64,000 nt of DNA, from assembly GCA_002923315.1 (NCBI GenBank), contig BEHM01000009.1:6571-70570 (forward strand), given 5' to 3'. Shown one piece after another: positions 36,514 to 46,664 of the stretch. Source of the DNA: a bacterium HR10 (GTDB lineage: Bacteria; Acidobacteriota; Blastocatellia; HR10). Numbering within the stretch: position 1 is the first letter of the stretch; every line of letters starts with the position of its first letter. Position numbers and translations under genes: made by a program. The notes under the pieces are model-generated. The model was given only the letters and a program-made list of their open reading frames with translations. It was not told the origin of the DNA and did not search any database.

Positions 36514-38262
36514 ATGAAGAGAATGAAGGGGACGGAGATCTTCGTCGAGTGTTTGCGGCGAGAAGGCGTGGAGGTGATCTTCGGGCATCCGGGTGGGGCG
36601 ATTCTGCCGATCTACGATCGGTTGTACGATGCGGAGATTCGACATATCTTGATGCGGCATGAGCAAGCGGCGGCGCACGCGGCCGACGGATATGCGCGGG
36701 CGTCGGGGCGCGTGGGAGTGGCGATGGCGACTTCGGGGCCAGGGGCGACGAATCTGGTGACCGGTATCGCGAGCGCCTTCATGGATTCGGTGCCGATGGT
36801 GGTCTTCACGGGGCAGGTGCCCTCGACGCTGATCGGGACCGATGCGTTTCAGGAAGCGGATGTGGTGGGGATCACGCGGCCGTGCACGAAGCACAACTAC
36901 TTGGTGTTGCGGACGGAGGATTTGGCGCGCACCATTCGGGAGGCGTTCTATCTGGCGCGGACGGGGCGGCCCGGTCCTGTCCTGGTGGACCTGCCCAAGG
37001 ACATACAGCTGAGCGAATGCGAGTTCGAATACCCAGAGCAGGTGCATCTGCGGGGATATCGGCCGGTCCTGGACGGCGATCGAGAAGCGATCCGGCGAGC
37101 GGCGGTGGCGATCCTGGAGGCGGAGCGCCCGGTCATTTACGCGGGCGGTGGGGTGATCGCCTCCGATGGGGCCGAGGAGCTGCGTCGGTTGGCGGAGATA
37201 GGACGCATCCCGGTGGCGACGACGCTGATGGGGTTGGGGGGATTTCCGACGGAGCATCCGTTGTCGTTGGGGATGCTGGGCATGCATGGGAGCTGGTATG
37301 CGAACACGGCCATCAGTCGGTGCGATCTGCTGATCGCCCTGGGCGTGCGATTCGATGATCGGGTGACGGGGAAGCTCTCGGAGTTCGCGCCGACGGCGCG
37401 GAAGATTCATGTGGATATTGATCCGGCGGAGATCAACAAGAACGTGCGGGTGGACATCCCGATCGTGGGGGATGTGCGACGCGTGCTCTCGGTCTTGAAC
37501 GCAGAGATGGAGGGACTCGTGAGCACGCATGGCACGGCGGCGTGGGTGCGGAAGCGACAGCAGTGGCTGGCGCAGATCGCGGAGTGGAAGCGGACGTATC
37601 CGTTCCGCTACGAATACGACGAGCGGGTGATCAAGCCGCAGTGGGTGATCGAGGAGATCGCGCGGATCACGCAAGGGGAGGCGATTCTGACGACCGATGT
37701 GGGGCAGCATCAGATGTGGGCGGCGCAGTATTATCGGTTCAAGCATCCGCGGACGTGGATCACGTCGGGGGGATTGGGAGCAATGGGATTCGGATTGCCG
37801 GCGGCCATTGGGGCGTGGTTCGCGCGACGGGATCGGCCCGTGATCGCCATCTGCGGGGATGGGAGTTTTCAGATGACGATGCAGGAGCTGGCCGTGGTGG
37901 CCGAGCATCGGATCCCAGTGAAGGTGGTGATCTTGAACAATTTCTTCCTGGGGATGGTGCGGCAGTGGCAGCAGATTTTCTACAACGGCCGATATGCGGC
38001 GAGCGATCTTCGGGTCTCGCCCGATTATGCGAAGATCGCCGAGGCCTATGGGTTGCGGGGGCACACGGTGCGCCGGCCCGAGGAGTTGGTGGGGCTTTTG
38101 GAACAGACGTTGCTCGCGAGCGAGCCCGTGATCCTGGATGTGCAGGTGGCGGCGGAGGAGAATGTCTATCCCATGGTGCCGCCCGGAGCGGCGATCACGG
38201 AGATGATCCTGGGGCCGTTGGAGACGACGGCTGTGGCCGACAGCAAGGAGTCGATCGCCTGA
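36514..38262 (+). CDS. ilvB: acetolactate synthase, large (catalytic) subunit
   Basis: 'GTEIFVECLRREGVEVIFGHPGGAILPIYD', the TPP motif region 'GDGSFQMTMQELAVV...ILNN'. ATGs at 36505/36514/36523 follow AAAGGAGA; 36514 has the best spacing. Confidence 0.92.
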   Translation: MKRMKGTEIFVECLRREGVEVIFGHPGGAILPIYDRLYDAEIRHILMRHEQAAAHAADGYARASGRVGVAMATSGPGATNLVTGIASAFMDSVPMVVFTGQVPSTLIGTDAFQEADVVGITRPCTKHNYLVLRTEDLARTIREAFYLARTGRPGPVLVDLPKDIQLSECEFEYPEQVHLRGYRPVLDGDREAIRRAAVAILEAERPVIYAGGGVIASDGAEELRRLAEIGRIPVATTLMGLGGFPTEHPLSLGMLGMHGSWYANTAISRCDLLIALGVRFDDRVTGKLSEFAPTARKIHVDIDPAEINKNVRVDIPIVGDVRRVLSVLNAEMEGLVSTHGTAAWVRKRQQWLAQIAEWKRTYPFRYEYDERVIKPQWVIEEIARITQGEAILTTDVGQHQMWAAQYYRFKHPRTWITSGGLGAMGFGLPAAIGAWFARRDRPVIAICGDGSFQMTMQELAVVAEHRIPVKVVILNNFFLGMVRQWQQIFYNGRYAASDLRVSPDYAKIAEAYGLRGHTVRRPEELVGLLEQTLLASEPVILDVQVAAEENVYPMVPPGAAITEMILGPLETTAVADSKESIA

Positions 38263-38263
38263 G

Positions 38264-38737
38264 ATGTTGCGGACGTTGATCCTGCGGGTGGAGAATCGGC
38301 CGGGGGCGTTGGCGCGGATCACGGGCTTGTTCAGCGCGCGGGGGATCAATATCGAGAGCCTGACGGTGGCGCGGACCGAGGATCCGACGCTCTCGCACAT
38401 GACGATCGTGGTGGATTTGGACGATGTGGCGTTGGAGAAGTTGGTGAAGTTGCTGGACCGGCTGGTGGATGTGGTGACGGTGACGGTCGTGGACACGCGG
38501 GAGGCGGTCGAGCGGGAGCTGCTGCTGTTGAAGGTGCGACAGGAGCCGGGGCAGAAGCTGGAGTTGCTCAAGGAGGCGGAGCTGTTCCGAGCGCGCGTCG
38601 TGGACGTCGCGCCGCACTCGTATGTGTTGGAAGTGACCGGGGATGAGGATAAACTGGAGGCGTTCATTCGGGTCTTCGAGAAGTATGGGATTCTCGAAGT
38701 GGTGCGGTCGGGGAAGGTGGCCCTGGCGCGGGGATGA
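38264..38737 (+). CDS. ilvN: acetolactate synthase, small (regulatory) subunit
   Basis: ACT domain 'LILRVENRPGALARITGLFSARGINIESLTVA'. Starts 2 nt after the ilvB stop. Confidence 0.9.
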   Translation: MLRTLILRVENRPGALARITGLFSARGINIESLTVARTEDPTLSHMTIVVDLDDVALEKLVKLLDRLVDVVTVTVVDTREAVERELLLLKVRQEPGQKLELLKEAELFRARVVDVAPHSYVLEVTGDEDKLEAFIRVFEKYGILEVVRSGKVALARG

Positions 38738-38776
38738 GCGCGGGGCCTCCCCAGGATATGTGAGGAGGAGGAGACG

Positions 38777-39784
38777 ATGGCGACGATCTACTACGATAAG
38801 GATGCCGATCTGCGAGTGTTGGCGGGGAAGACGATCGCAATCGTGGGCTATGGGAGTCAAGGGCATGCGCACGCGTTGAACTTGCGCGATAGTGGGCAAC
38901 GCGTCGTGGTGGGGTTGTACCGAGGGAGTCGGTCGTGGGCGAAGGCGGAACAGGAAGAGCTGACGGTGCTGCCGGTGCGAGAGGCGGCTGAGCGGGGGGA
39001 TGTGATCATGCTCCTGGTGCCGGACCCGGTGCAGCCGGCGGTTTACGCGCAGGAGATCGCGCCCGCGCTGAAGCCGGGGAAGATGCTCCTGTTCGCGCAC
39101 GGGTTCAACATCCACTATGGGCAGATCGTGCCGCCGCCAGAGGTGGACGTGGCGATGGTGGCGCCCAAGGGGCCGGGACACCGGATGCGGGAGTTGTTCA
39201 TCGAAGGGCAAGGAGTTCCGGCTCTTCTGGCCGTGCATCAGGATGCGTCGGGACGAGCGAAGGAGCTGGCCCTGGCCTATGCCAAAGGAATTGGGGCGAC
39301 GCGCGCTGGCGTGATCGAGACGACCTTTCGGGAGGAGACGGAGACCGATCTCTTCGGAGAGCAGACGGTGCTGTGCGGGGGGGTGACGGCGTTGATCAAG
39401 GCGGGGTTTGAGACGTTGGTGGAGGCGGGGTATCAGCCGGAGGTCGCCTACTTCGAGTGCCTGCACGAGCTGAAGCTGATCGTGGATTTGATCTACGAGG
39501 GGGGATTGGGTTACATGCGCTACTCGATCAGCGACACGGCCGAGTATGGCGATTATACGCGGGGGCCGCGTGTCATCAATGAGTCGGTGCGGGCGGAGAT
39601 GCGACGGATTCTCGCGGAGATCCAGGATGGGACTTTCGCTCGCGAGTGGATCCTGGAGAATCAGGCCGGGCGGCCGAGCCTCACCGCTCATCGGCGGCGG
39701 GAAGCCGAATTGCTCATTGAGCAGGTGGGCCGAACCTTGCGCGAGAGGATTCTGGGGCTGAAAGCCCGCTCGACTTCCGCTTGA
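38777..39784 (+). CDS. ilvC: ketol-acid reductoisomerase
   Basis: '[21 protein letters not shown]', '[11 protein letters not shown]'. Confidence 0.93.
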   Translation: MATIYYDKDADLRVLAGKTIAIVGYGSQGHAHALNLRDSGQRVVVGLYRGSRSWAKAEQEELTVLPVREAAERGDVIMLLVPDPVQPAVYAQEIAPALKPGKMLLFAHGFNIHYGQIVPPPEVDVAMVAPKGPGHRMRELFIEGQGVPALLAVHQDASGRAKELALAYAKGIGATRAGVIETTFREETETDLFGEQTVLCGGVTALIKAGFETLVEAGYQPEVAYFECLHELKLIVDLIYEGGLGYMRYSISDTAEYGDYTRGPRVINESVRAEMRRILAEIQDGTFAREWILENQAGRPSLTAHRRREAELLIEQVGRTLRERILGLKARSTSA

Positions 39785-39924
39785 GCAAGGGTGGGGAGGA
39801 GCCATCCCCCCGGCGAAACGGCCTTTCATTCCTTGCTGTGAGAGCGATCTCCGTCTAAGGTATCTCCCTTCGGGGCGAGGCGGCGTGCTCCGTTCGTCTC
39901 TGAGAGATAAAGGGGGAGGAGCCT

Positions 39925-40551
39925 ATGGGCATCCTTGATGAAGACGTCGCTCGGTATCTCGAAGCTCTCGCTCCCGATCGCCTCGACGTCCTTCGCGAGC
40001 AGGAGGAAGTGGCGCGTCGGCGGCGCATCCCCATTGTGGGGCCGATCGTGGGGCGGTGGCTGCACCAATTGGCGCGCATGATCGGCGCGCGGCGAATCTT
40101 CGAGATGGGATCGGCGATCGGGTATTCGACGATCTGGTTGGCCCTGGCGGTCCCAGAGGATGGGATCGTGTACTACACCGACGGCGATCCGACCAATGCG
40201 CGGGAAGCGCTCGGGTATTTTCAGCGCGCGGGGGTGGCCGATCGCGTTCAGATTCTCGTGGGGGATGCGTTGAAACTGCTGGATCAGGTGGAGGGGGAAT
40301 TCGATCTGATCTTCAATGACGTGGACAAGCACCAGTATCCGGACGTCTTTCGGAAAGCGGTGCCGCGTCTTCGACGTGGCGGTCTGCTGGTGGCCGATAA
40401 TGTGCTGTGGGGTGGGCGCGTGGCTCGTGGGGAGACCGATCCCGATACCTCGGCCATTCGCGAGTTCAATCGGTTGATCTTCTCGGCGCCGGATTTGGTG
40501 ACGACGATCGTCCCCTTGCGCGATGGCATCTCGGTGAGCTTGAAGCTGTGA
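39925..40551 (+). CDS. class I SAM-dependent O-methyltransferase (caffeoyl-CoA OMT-like family)
   Basis: 'IFEMGSAIGYSTIWLA', 'FDLIFNDVDKHQYP', 'GGLLVADNVLWGG'. Confidence 0.8.
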   Translation: MGILDEDVARYLEALAPDRLDVLREQEEVARRRRIPIVGPIVGRWLHQLARMIGARRIFEMGSAIGYSTIWLALAVPEDGIVYYTDGDPTNAREALGYFQRAGVADRVQILVGDALKLLDQVEGEFDLIFNDVDKHQYPDVFRKAVPRLRRGGLLVADNVLWGGRVARGETDPDTSAIREFNRLIFSAPDLVTTIVPLRDGISVSLKL

Positions 40552-40569
40552 GGGGGTGCGGAAGTGGAC

Positions 40570-41535
40570 TCATGCGGTGGCGAAGAGCGCGGCGGCGCCG
40601 AGGATCCCGACGTCCGCTTCCAGGCGCGCGGGGACGATGGCGATCTCTGCCGCGCGCGGCAGGATCGAATAGGTGGGCGTGAGCTGACGCAAGCGGGGGA
40701 ACAGGAGGTCGCCCCATTGGGAGACACCTCCGCCCAGGATGATGATGTCAGGATCGAAGACATTGATCATGCCGCCGAGCCAGATGCTCAGAAAGCGCGC
40801 TGTCTCCTCGACGATCTCCAGCGCCACGGGATCGCCCCGGCGCGCGGCCTCGCCGACGACAATGGGCGTGATCGCCTCGATGTCTCCGGCGACCAGCTCC
40901 AGAATCTGCGAACGTTCTCGCGTCGCGCGCAGCTTCTCTTTAGCCCGCCGTGCGATAGCGGTGCCCGAGGCGAACGCCTCGATGCATCCCCGGTGGCCGC
41001 AGTTGCACAATGGGCCTTCGTGATCAATGGTGACGTGCCCGGCCTCGACGGCCATTCCCGTTCTCCCGCCGTAGATCTTCCCGCGCAGGATGACCCCCGT
41101 TCCAATGCCGGTGCTCACGGTGACATAGAAGACGTACTCGTATCCCGCGCCGGCTCCGAAGAGGGCCTCGGCGAGTCCGGCTGCATTGGCATCGTTCTCG
41201 ATGAGAACCGGACGGCCATAGCGCTCGCGCATCAGGCGCGCCAGAGGGACATTCCGCAAAGCCGGGATATTCGGCGAATAGAGCAACTCTCCGGTTCGTG
41301 GGTCGAGCGGACCTGGAGCGACGACGCCGATGCCGCCGATGTCCTCAGCGCGACGCCCCGCGCGTTCGAGGACGAGGTCCACGGAAGCGAAGACTTGACG
41401 GAGCACGTCCTCCTGGGACCGATCCGCCAGCGTGGGCAGGACGACGCGCTCCACCACGCGTGTGCAGCGAACCAAGCCCGTCGCGATCTTCGTCCCGCCG
41501 ATGTCCACGCCGATGACTTCCCGTTCATCGTTCAT
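40570..41535 (-). CDS. ROK-family sugar kinase (glucokinase-like)
   Basis: 'IGVDIGGTKIATGLV' and the ROK zinc motif 'CNCGHRGCIEAF'. Confidence 0.88.
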   Translation of the reverse strand: MNDEREVIGVDIGGTKIATGLVRCTRVVERVVLPTLADRSQEDVLRQVFASVDLVLERAGRRAEDIGGIGVVAPGPLDPRTGELLYSPNIPALRNVPLARLMRERYGRPVLIENDANAAGLAEALFGAGAGYEYVFYVTVSTGIGTGVILRGKIYGGRTGMAVEAGHVTIDHEGPLCNCGHRGCIEAFASGTAIARRAKEKLRATRERSQILELVAGDIEAITPIVVGEAARRGDPVALEIVEETARFLSIWLGGMINVFDPDIIILGGGVSQWGDLLFPRLRQLTPTYSILPRAAEIAIVPARLEADVGILGAAALFATA

Positions 41536-41646
41536 GCTCGGTCCCTCCTCTGCCCGGAGGCGTTCGCGCGAAGACGGGCATCGTAAGCCGCGCGTGGCGC
41601 GTTTGTCAATGGAGGGTTCGCGGGAGGCTCCGGGGAGGGCGTGATC

Positions 41647-43797
41647 TCATCCTCGGGAGCGGCCCTCGACGATGAAGACGGGCTCCGTCAGCAGGAGCGC
41701 GCACAAGATGCGCTCGGTCCATCGTTGCACTTGCTCGGGAGAGGCGGCGTGCGTGAGATCGAGGCAGTGCGTCGCCGAGAGAAGGTAGCGACGTGTCGAA
41801 GGCGCGACGGCGCGCTCGCGATCCAGCAGGCGCGTGAGTATCGCCGGGGCCTCTGCGGCCGTCGTTGTGGTGATCGTCGCTTCTTCCAAAGCGAAGACGA
41901 CGTTCCCCTCTTTATCACAGGCACACAGTTTGGGCTGTGCTGTCTCGCGCCAGCGGAGGAAACGGCGACGCGAGGCGCGACCTTGGTAGATCTCAAATCC
42001 TTCGGTCTCGGCCACAAGTTCGACGTGATCTTCTGGGATGGCCATCACGGTCGCAGCAAGGGCCGCGCGTTGATCCGGCGTCACGCGCAGGGACGGGCGC
42101 TCGGGATGTGGGCTCAGGCGCCCCGTCACTGTGAGGCGCGCGCGCTGCGTTACCGAATCCCGGTGAACGGTCGTTCGGAGCGAAGCTCGTTCCGCCCCCC
42201 ACTTGAGCAGCGTTCGCTCGGCTTCCTGGCGCCAGCGCTCCAGCTCTTGCTCCTCCGAGTGCGCGAGCGAATGCTCGATCGTCTCTCGCAGATCTGCCGT
42301 GGCGGCGCCGAGAGCGCTCATCATCTCCCCCTGTTCGAGGAGGGTGGACCGCAACCCGAGCCGTTGCGCCAGCAGCGGCAGCAAGAGCGGAGCCGATGTT
42401 CCCATTCCGATCAGTGGCGGAGCAGGATCTCGGAAGTGTCGGCGCAGCGCTTTTTGAACCATATCGGCGAGCGCACCGATCGCGCGCTCCACGATCACTT
42501 CGGCCGCGTCTTCGGGCGTGAGCGCGAATCGCACGGCCAGCCGCTCGATGGCCTTGCGAGCGATCGCCCTTCGCTCCTCATCGGCCTCGTCGAGTCCCAG
42601 GCACAGTGCCGCATCGCCGACCGTGAGCGCGTAGCGGTGGCCGTCAGGTGTAGCGATCGCCAGGAACTCTTCGGAAGATCCGGGCACCGGGTGAAAGGCG
42701 ACCACGCGCGCGCCCTCAAGGGCTTCTCCGGTGGCCCTTTGGGCCGGAGCCATCGCGAGCGTCGAAGCGCTCCAGGGCCCGATGCCCGCGATCATGCCGC
42801 GTCGGAAACTCAGCAGGCTCTCGCTCCCCACAGCGAGTGAGAAGATTTCGAGAGCCCGAAGCGGCACCCGCATGTTCCCGAGCTCCGCCTCCCCTTCGAA
42901 GGCGCGCCCCTGCTGAATCATCGCGACGTGCGAGACGCTTCGTCCCATCTGGACGAGGATGCCCTCTTGAAGCCGGGCGCGCTGAAGCGCTCCGAGAATT
43001 CCAGCCACGGGGCCGGAGAGGAGACCGAGCGAAGGATGATGGAGCAGATGGCTCCACGGTACGAGACCGCCGTCATTGCGGACGATGAAGAGCGGCGCCC
43101 GGAAGCCGGCCTGTCGTGCGCATTCCTGAAGCAATTCGCCAATGGTGAAGACGTCGGCCAGGGCAGTCACCAGGCAGAGGGCCGCTCGAAGGCGAAGCTT
43201 TGGATCTGATGCCGCGGGGAACTCCGAAATGCTGCATATCGGCACGCCCAATCGCGGACGGGATTCCAGAAGCGTCCACTCAGTGTGGGAGCGTTCGCGC
43301 GTGGGGACGAGGACGAAACCTTCGGCGCCGCGCGCGCGCAGTGCGAGAAGGGGATCGAGCCAGTCCTCCGCGCCCTCCAGATCAGAGGAGCGAAGGACGA
43401 GACGCGCGATGGGAACCGCATGGCCCGAGAGCAGGGGGATCGCTTCCAGATCGGCCTCAGTGAGAGAAGGGGGCGAAGCGCGCTCCTTCGAATCGAGCGT
43501 GATGAGGCCGATAAGAGAAGGGTGAGCCTGCAGGGCAGCTCTCACGCCCAGAGTCGTGCTGAAGCAGAGCGCGAGGACGCGCTCGGGCGGGAATCCCCCC
43601 CTGGCCAGAAGAGTCCGCAGGGCGCGACGCATCTCCTCGGCGCGATCTCTCCACGCGATCGGTGGCACCGCACCGTCGCGCGAGCGCTCGCCGTGAATGG
43701 CCAGAACGTCCAGAGTTTCGTGGTCGAGCGCCGCCACATACGTGCCCTCCTCCTCGACGGCGATCCCGATGCGGATCCATGCTCGCTCGTTCCTCAT
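41647..43797 (-). CDS. hydantoinase/oxoprolinase-A-like ASKHA-fold protein with degenerate ATP-binding motifs and a roughly 270-aa C-terminal extension
   Basis: 'LLSGPVAGILGA' and the overall layout resemble Hydantoinase_A. However 'IRIGIAVEEEGTYVA' replaces IGIDVGGTFTD and 'VQMGRSVSHVA' replaces DMGGTSTD. Confidence 0.55.
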   Translation of the reverse strand: MRNERAWIRIGIAVEEEGTYVAALDHETLDVLAIHGERSRDGAVPPIAWRDRAEEMRRALRTLLARGGFPPERVLALCFSTTLGVRAALQAHPSLIGLITLDSKERASPPSLTEADLEAIPLLSGHAVPIARLVLRSSDLEGAEDWLDPLLALRARGAEGFVLVPTRERSHTEWTLLESRPRLGVPICSISEFPAASDPKLRLRAALCLVTALADVFTIGELLQECARQAGFRAPLFIVRNDGGLVPWSHLLHHPSLGLLSGPVAGILGALQRARLQEGILVQMGRSVSHVAMIQQGRAFEGEAELGNMRVPLRALEIFSLAVGSESLLSFRRGMIAGIGPWSASTLAMAPAQRATGEALEGARVVAFHPVPGSSEEFLAIATPDGHRYALTVGDAALCLGLDEADEERRAIARKAIERLAVRFALTPEDAAEVIVERAIGALADMVQKALRRHFRDPAPPLIGMGTSAPLLLPLLAQRLGLRSTLLEQGEMMSALGAATADLRETIEHSLAHSEEQELERWRQEAERTLLKWGAERASLRTTVHRDSVTQRARLTVTGRLSPHPERPSLRVTPDQRAALAATVMAIPEDHVELVAETEGFEIYQGRASRRRFLRWRETAQPKLCACDKEGNVVFALEEATITTTTAAEAPAILTRLLDRERAVAPSTRRYLLSATHCLDLTHAASPEQVQRWTERILCALLLTEPVFIVEGRSRG

Positions 43798-43858
43798 CGC
43801 TCATCTTCGCGGGGCGCACTCTTGGCGAGCTCCGGCAGTCAGCGCGTCTCTCCTCCGT

Positions 43859-44437
43859 TCACGCTGAGGCGGAGCCGGAGGATGACGGCGGTGGTCCGAA
43901 GCTCGCTTCCTCTTCCGCGGCATGGGCCTCGCGGTTGATCGCGCGCGCCAGGACGAAGAGGAGGTCGGAGAGGCGGTTCAGATAAACGAGGACATGCTCG
44001 TTGATCGGTTCTTCGGCCGCCAGTCGCACGACGCGTCGCTCCGCTCGGCGCGCGACGGCGCGGGCCAGGTGCAGCAGGGCACCCGGCACGCTCCCTCCCG
44101 GAAGGATGAATTCGCGTAAGGGGGGGAGCGTTCGGTTCCACTCATCAATCGCCCGCTCCAGGCGCGCGACGTGTTCTGGCTCGATGCGCGGCGCTTTGAT
44201 CTCAAGCGGACTGGCCAGATCGGCGCCGACCGTGAACAGCTCGTTTTGAATCTCGGCCAAGAGCCGATTCACCGGAGAGTCCTTCACGTGTGCGCGCACG
44301 ACACCGAGGAGCGAGTTCAGCTCATCCACCTCCCCATAGGCTTCGACGCGCGCGGAGTCTTTCCGCACGCGCCGACCTCCGACGAGCGATGTCTCTCCCT
44401 GATCGCCCGTTCGCGTGTAGACTTTTGTGATGCGCAT
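43859..44437 (-). CDS. PduO-type ATP:cob(I)alamin adenosyltransferase
   Basis: 'MRITKVYTRTGDQGETSLVGGRRVRKDSARVEAYGEVDELNSLLG' is a typical PduO/MMAB N-terminus. Confidence 0.9.
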   Translation of the reverse strand: MRITKVYTRTGDQGETSLVGGRRVRKDSARVEAYGEVDELNSLLGVVRAHVKDSPVNRLLAEIQNELFTVGADLASPLEIKAPRIEPEHVARLERAIDEWNRTLPPLREFILPGGSVPGALLHLARAVARRAERRVVRLAAEEPINEHVLVYLNRLSDLLFVLARAINREAHAAEEEASFGPPPSSSGSASA

Positions 44438-44511
44438 ATGACGCCCCCATTATAGCCGTGCTGCCCAAGGGGCGGCAATTCCGGTGAGGATGGCTCATAG
44501 GGGGGCACCGC

Positions 44512-44541
44512 TTGACGGAAGGAGGGGCGAACGGGTACACT
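44512..44541 (+). promoter_or_regulatory. sigma-70-like promoter at the head of the metal-efflux operon
   Basis: TTGACG, 18 nt, TACACT. The ATG at 44551 is only 9 nt downstream of the -10 box. Confidence 0.35.
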
Positions 44542-44550
44542 TTCTGCGCA

Positions 44551-44979
44551 ATGAAGCGGGCATCGCTGGCCATCCTCCTCCTTCTGGCCCTCGGTGGCGT
44601 GGGGCGGACCGCGATGCTCTGCGCGCGATCTCTCTGTTCGATTCCCTTCTCGGTATGTTGTTGTCATCGTGTGGAGCATGGCGCATCGGTGCGCCTCGCG
44701 CGTCCGATGACCTGTGAGGAGACTCACGGGATGGCAGGAGATCTTCACTTGAGCGCACCGGCGCGCGCGTGCTGCACCTTCTCTTCCGCCCCGACCCGGA
44801 CTCTTGGCGAAGCGGCTTCTCGGTCTCCGGCGGCGCAGCTGTGTGAGGGAGAGATGGTGCGCTCTGCGGAGCTGGGGGCGTGTGGGAGTTCTCCTCCGGC
44901 CATGGCCCGCGCTTCATTGCCGGATGCCTCTGCGGGAATACTCCCGATCTATCTCCGTTTCGCCGTCCTGCGTATTTAG
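44551..44979 (+). CDS. putative small secreted Cys/His-rich protein heading the metal-efflux operon
   Basis: ATG 44551 gives signal peptide 'MKRASLAILLLLALGGVG'. Then 'CARSLCSIPFSVCCCHRVEH...CEETH...ACC...C...C'. Coding support is weak: moderate GC3, no SD, and the ATG is 9 nt after a -10-like box. Confidence 0.4.
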   Translation: MKRASLAILLLLALGGVGRTAMLCARSLCSIPFSVCCCHRVEHGASVRLARPMTCEETHGMAGDLHLSAPARACCTFSSAPTRTLGEAASRSPAAQLCEGEMVRSAELGACGSSPPAMARASLPDASAGILPIYLRFAVLRI

Positions 44980-45199
44980 CCTCTTCTCTCTGATTCTGTG
45001 GTTGAGCCGCAGGGACTGCTCCCCATCTGAGGGGGTTCCTCTGAGAACGAGCGAGGTCTCGTGCGGCATTCACGCGATGACGCGTGTGAGGGCTTGATTC
45101 CCGAAGACACGGAGGTGGGCAATGAGGAGAGGCTATTGGATACGGATCTCGCGTCCATTCGGTGGTTCGTGGCGAAAGCGTTGGGCCGCACATGCATCG

Positions 45200-46624
45200 G
45201 TGAAACGGTGGTGGGGGATGGCGACGCTCGTGGGGATTTTCGCGAACATCTTCACCGCGCCCGCTCTAGGACAGCCGGCCGATCGTCGTGCTGGCGTCGC
45301 GGAGAGAGCGTTCTCTTGGGGAGGATTCCCGGACCCAGCGGGACTCTCTCCCGATCGGTCTTCGGCCGATCGGAAGGCTCAGGAGGTGGCGCACTCCGGT
45401 GAGGCGGACGCCACGCAAGAAGTGAGTGTGCCGGGATCATCTTCGGTCGTCACGTTGGAGGAGCTGATCGCTGAGGCCATGCGAAGGAATCCGGAGATCC
45501 TGGCCGCGCGGCGGCAGTACGATATGAAGCGCGCGCGTATTCCGCAAATGACAGCTCCACCCGAGCCAATGCTCTCGGTGGCTTCGATGGGGAATCTGCT
45601 CCCGTTCTCCGTCCAGGTCGGAGATCCCTCCAGCGCGCGCATCGTGAGCTTCTCGCAAGATATTCCATTCCCCGGGAAACTCGCCCTTCAGGGGAAGGCC
45701 GCAGCCATGGAAGCGGAGGCTGAATGGTGGGCGTATGAGCGGACGTGGCGGACAGTGATCGCCGATCTGAAAGTGGCCTACTACGACCTCTATTTCGTGG
45801 AGAAATCCACCGAGATCATCACCCGGGTCAAGGGTCTGCTTGAGCAACTGCTCAAGATCGCCGAGGCTCGCTATCAAGTGGGGAAGGCGGCGCAGCAGGA
45901 CGTCCTCAAGGCCCAGACGGAGATCTCGATCCTCATCGAGCGGTTGACCCTTTTAGAGCAACAGCGCGCCCGTCTGGTCGCGCGCATCAATGCCCTCCTG
46001 GATCGTCCTCCGGAGGCCCCCCTTGGGCGGACCGTGGAGGTGAAGAAAGGTGCGTTGCCCTATTCGCTTCAGGAGCTGTATGGCATGGCCGCGGCCCAGT
46101 ATCCCGACCTCAAGCGACAAGAACGATACATTGATCGCGCGCAGTATGCCGTCGCCCTGGCGAGGAAGACGTTCTACCCGGATTTCGCCGTCGGGTTCCA
46201 GTATTTCCAGCGTCCCCGGATGCCGGAGATGTGGGGGATCAGTTTCAGCGTGAAGCTCCCGCTCTACTTCTGGAAGCGGCAGCGGCCGGCGCTCGAGGAA
46301 GCAGCCGCCGAGCTCGCTCAAGCTCGACATGAGCACGAAGGAATTCGGGCGCAGCTCTTCTTCCAGGTCAAAGATCAATATCTGGTGGCGACGACGGCGG
46401 AGCGACTCCTTCGACTCTATGAGGAAGGGATCATTCCTCAAGCGACGTTGACCCTGGAGTCTTCGATCGCCTCGTATCAGGTCGGGGCCGTGGACTTTTT
46501 GACGCTCCTCACGAATGCGATCACCGTGTTGACCTATGAACTGAACTATTACGAGCAATTGGTCACCTTTCAGAAGGCGTTGGCGCAATTGGAACCGCTC
46601 ATCGCGCGGGAATTGACGCGGTGA
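45200..46624 (+). CDS. TolC-family outer-membrane efflux protein (CzcC/CusC-like)
   Basis: Two OEP repeats ('LEELIAEAMRRNPEILAARRQYDMKRA...', 'LQELYGMAAAQYPDLKRQERYIDRA...'). Start uncertain: GTG 45200 gives 'VKRWWGMATLVGIFANIFTAPALG'; the track start is 45122. Confidence 0.8.
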   Translation: MKRWWGMATLVGIFANIFTAPALGQPADRRAGVAERAFSWGGFPDPAGLSPDRSSADRKAQEVAHSGEADATQEVSVPGSSSVVTLEELIAEAMRRNPEILAARRQYDMKRARIPQMTAPPEPMLSVASMGNLLPFSVQVGDPSSARIVSFSQDIPFPGKLALQGKAAAMEAEAEWWAYERTWRTVIADLKVAYYDLYFVEKSTEIITRVKGLLEQLLKIAEARYQVGKAAQQDVLKAQTEISILIERLTLLEQQRARLVARINALLDRPPEAPLGRTVEVKKGALPYSLQELYGMAAAQYPDLKRQERYIDRAQYAVALARKTFYPDFAVGFQYFQRPRMPEMWGISFSVKLPLYFWKRQRPALEEAAAELAQARHEHEGIRAQLFFQVKDQYLVATTAERLLRLYEEGIIPQATLTLESSIASYQVGAVDFLTLLTNAITVLTYELNYYEQLVTFQKALAQLEPLIARELTR

Positions 46625-46664
46625 GCCCTCCCGGGAGGCGGCGTTCTCGGGAGGAAGACACTGG

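Noticed and set aside
39785-39924. Structured-looking 140-nt spacer after ilvC with nested stems (GCAAGG...CCTTGC, GGGGA...TCCCC), considered as a riboswitch or sRNA ahead of the O-methyltransferase.
   Set aside because: I could not match it to any riboswitch core (SAM, TPP and others). It is most simply an ilvC terminator plus an RBS region, and there is not enough support to call an RNA gene.
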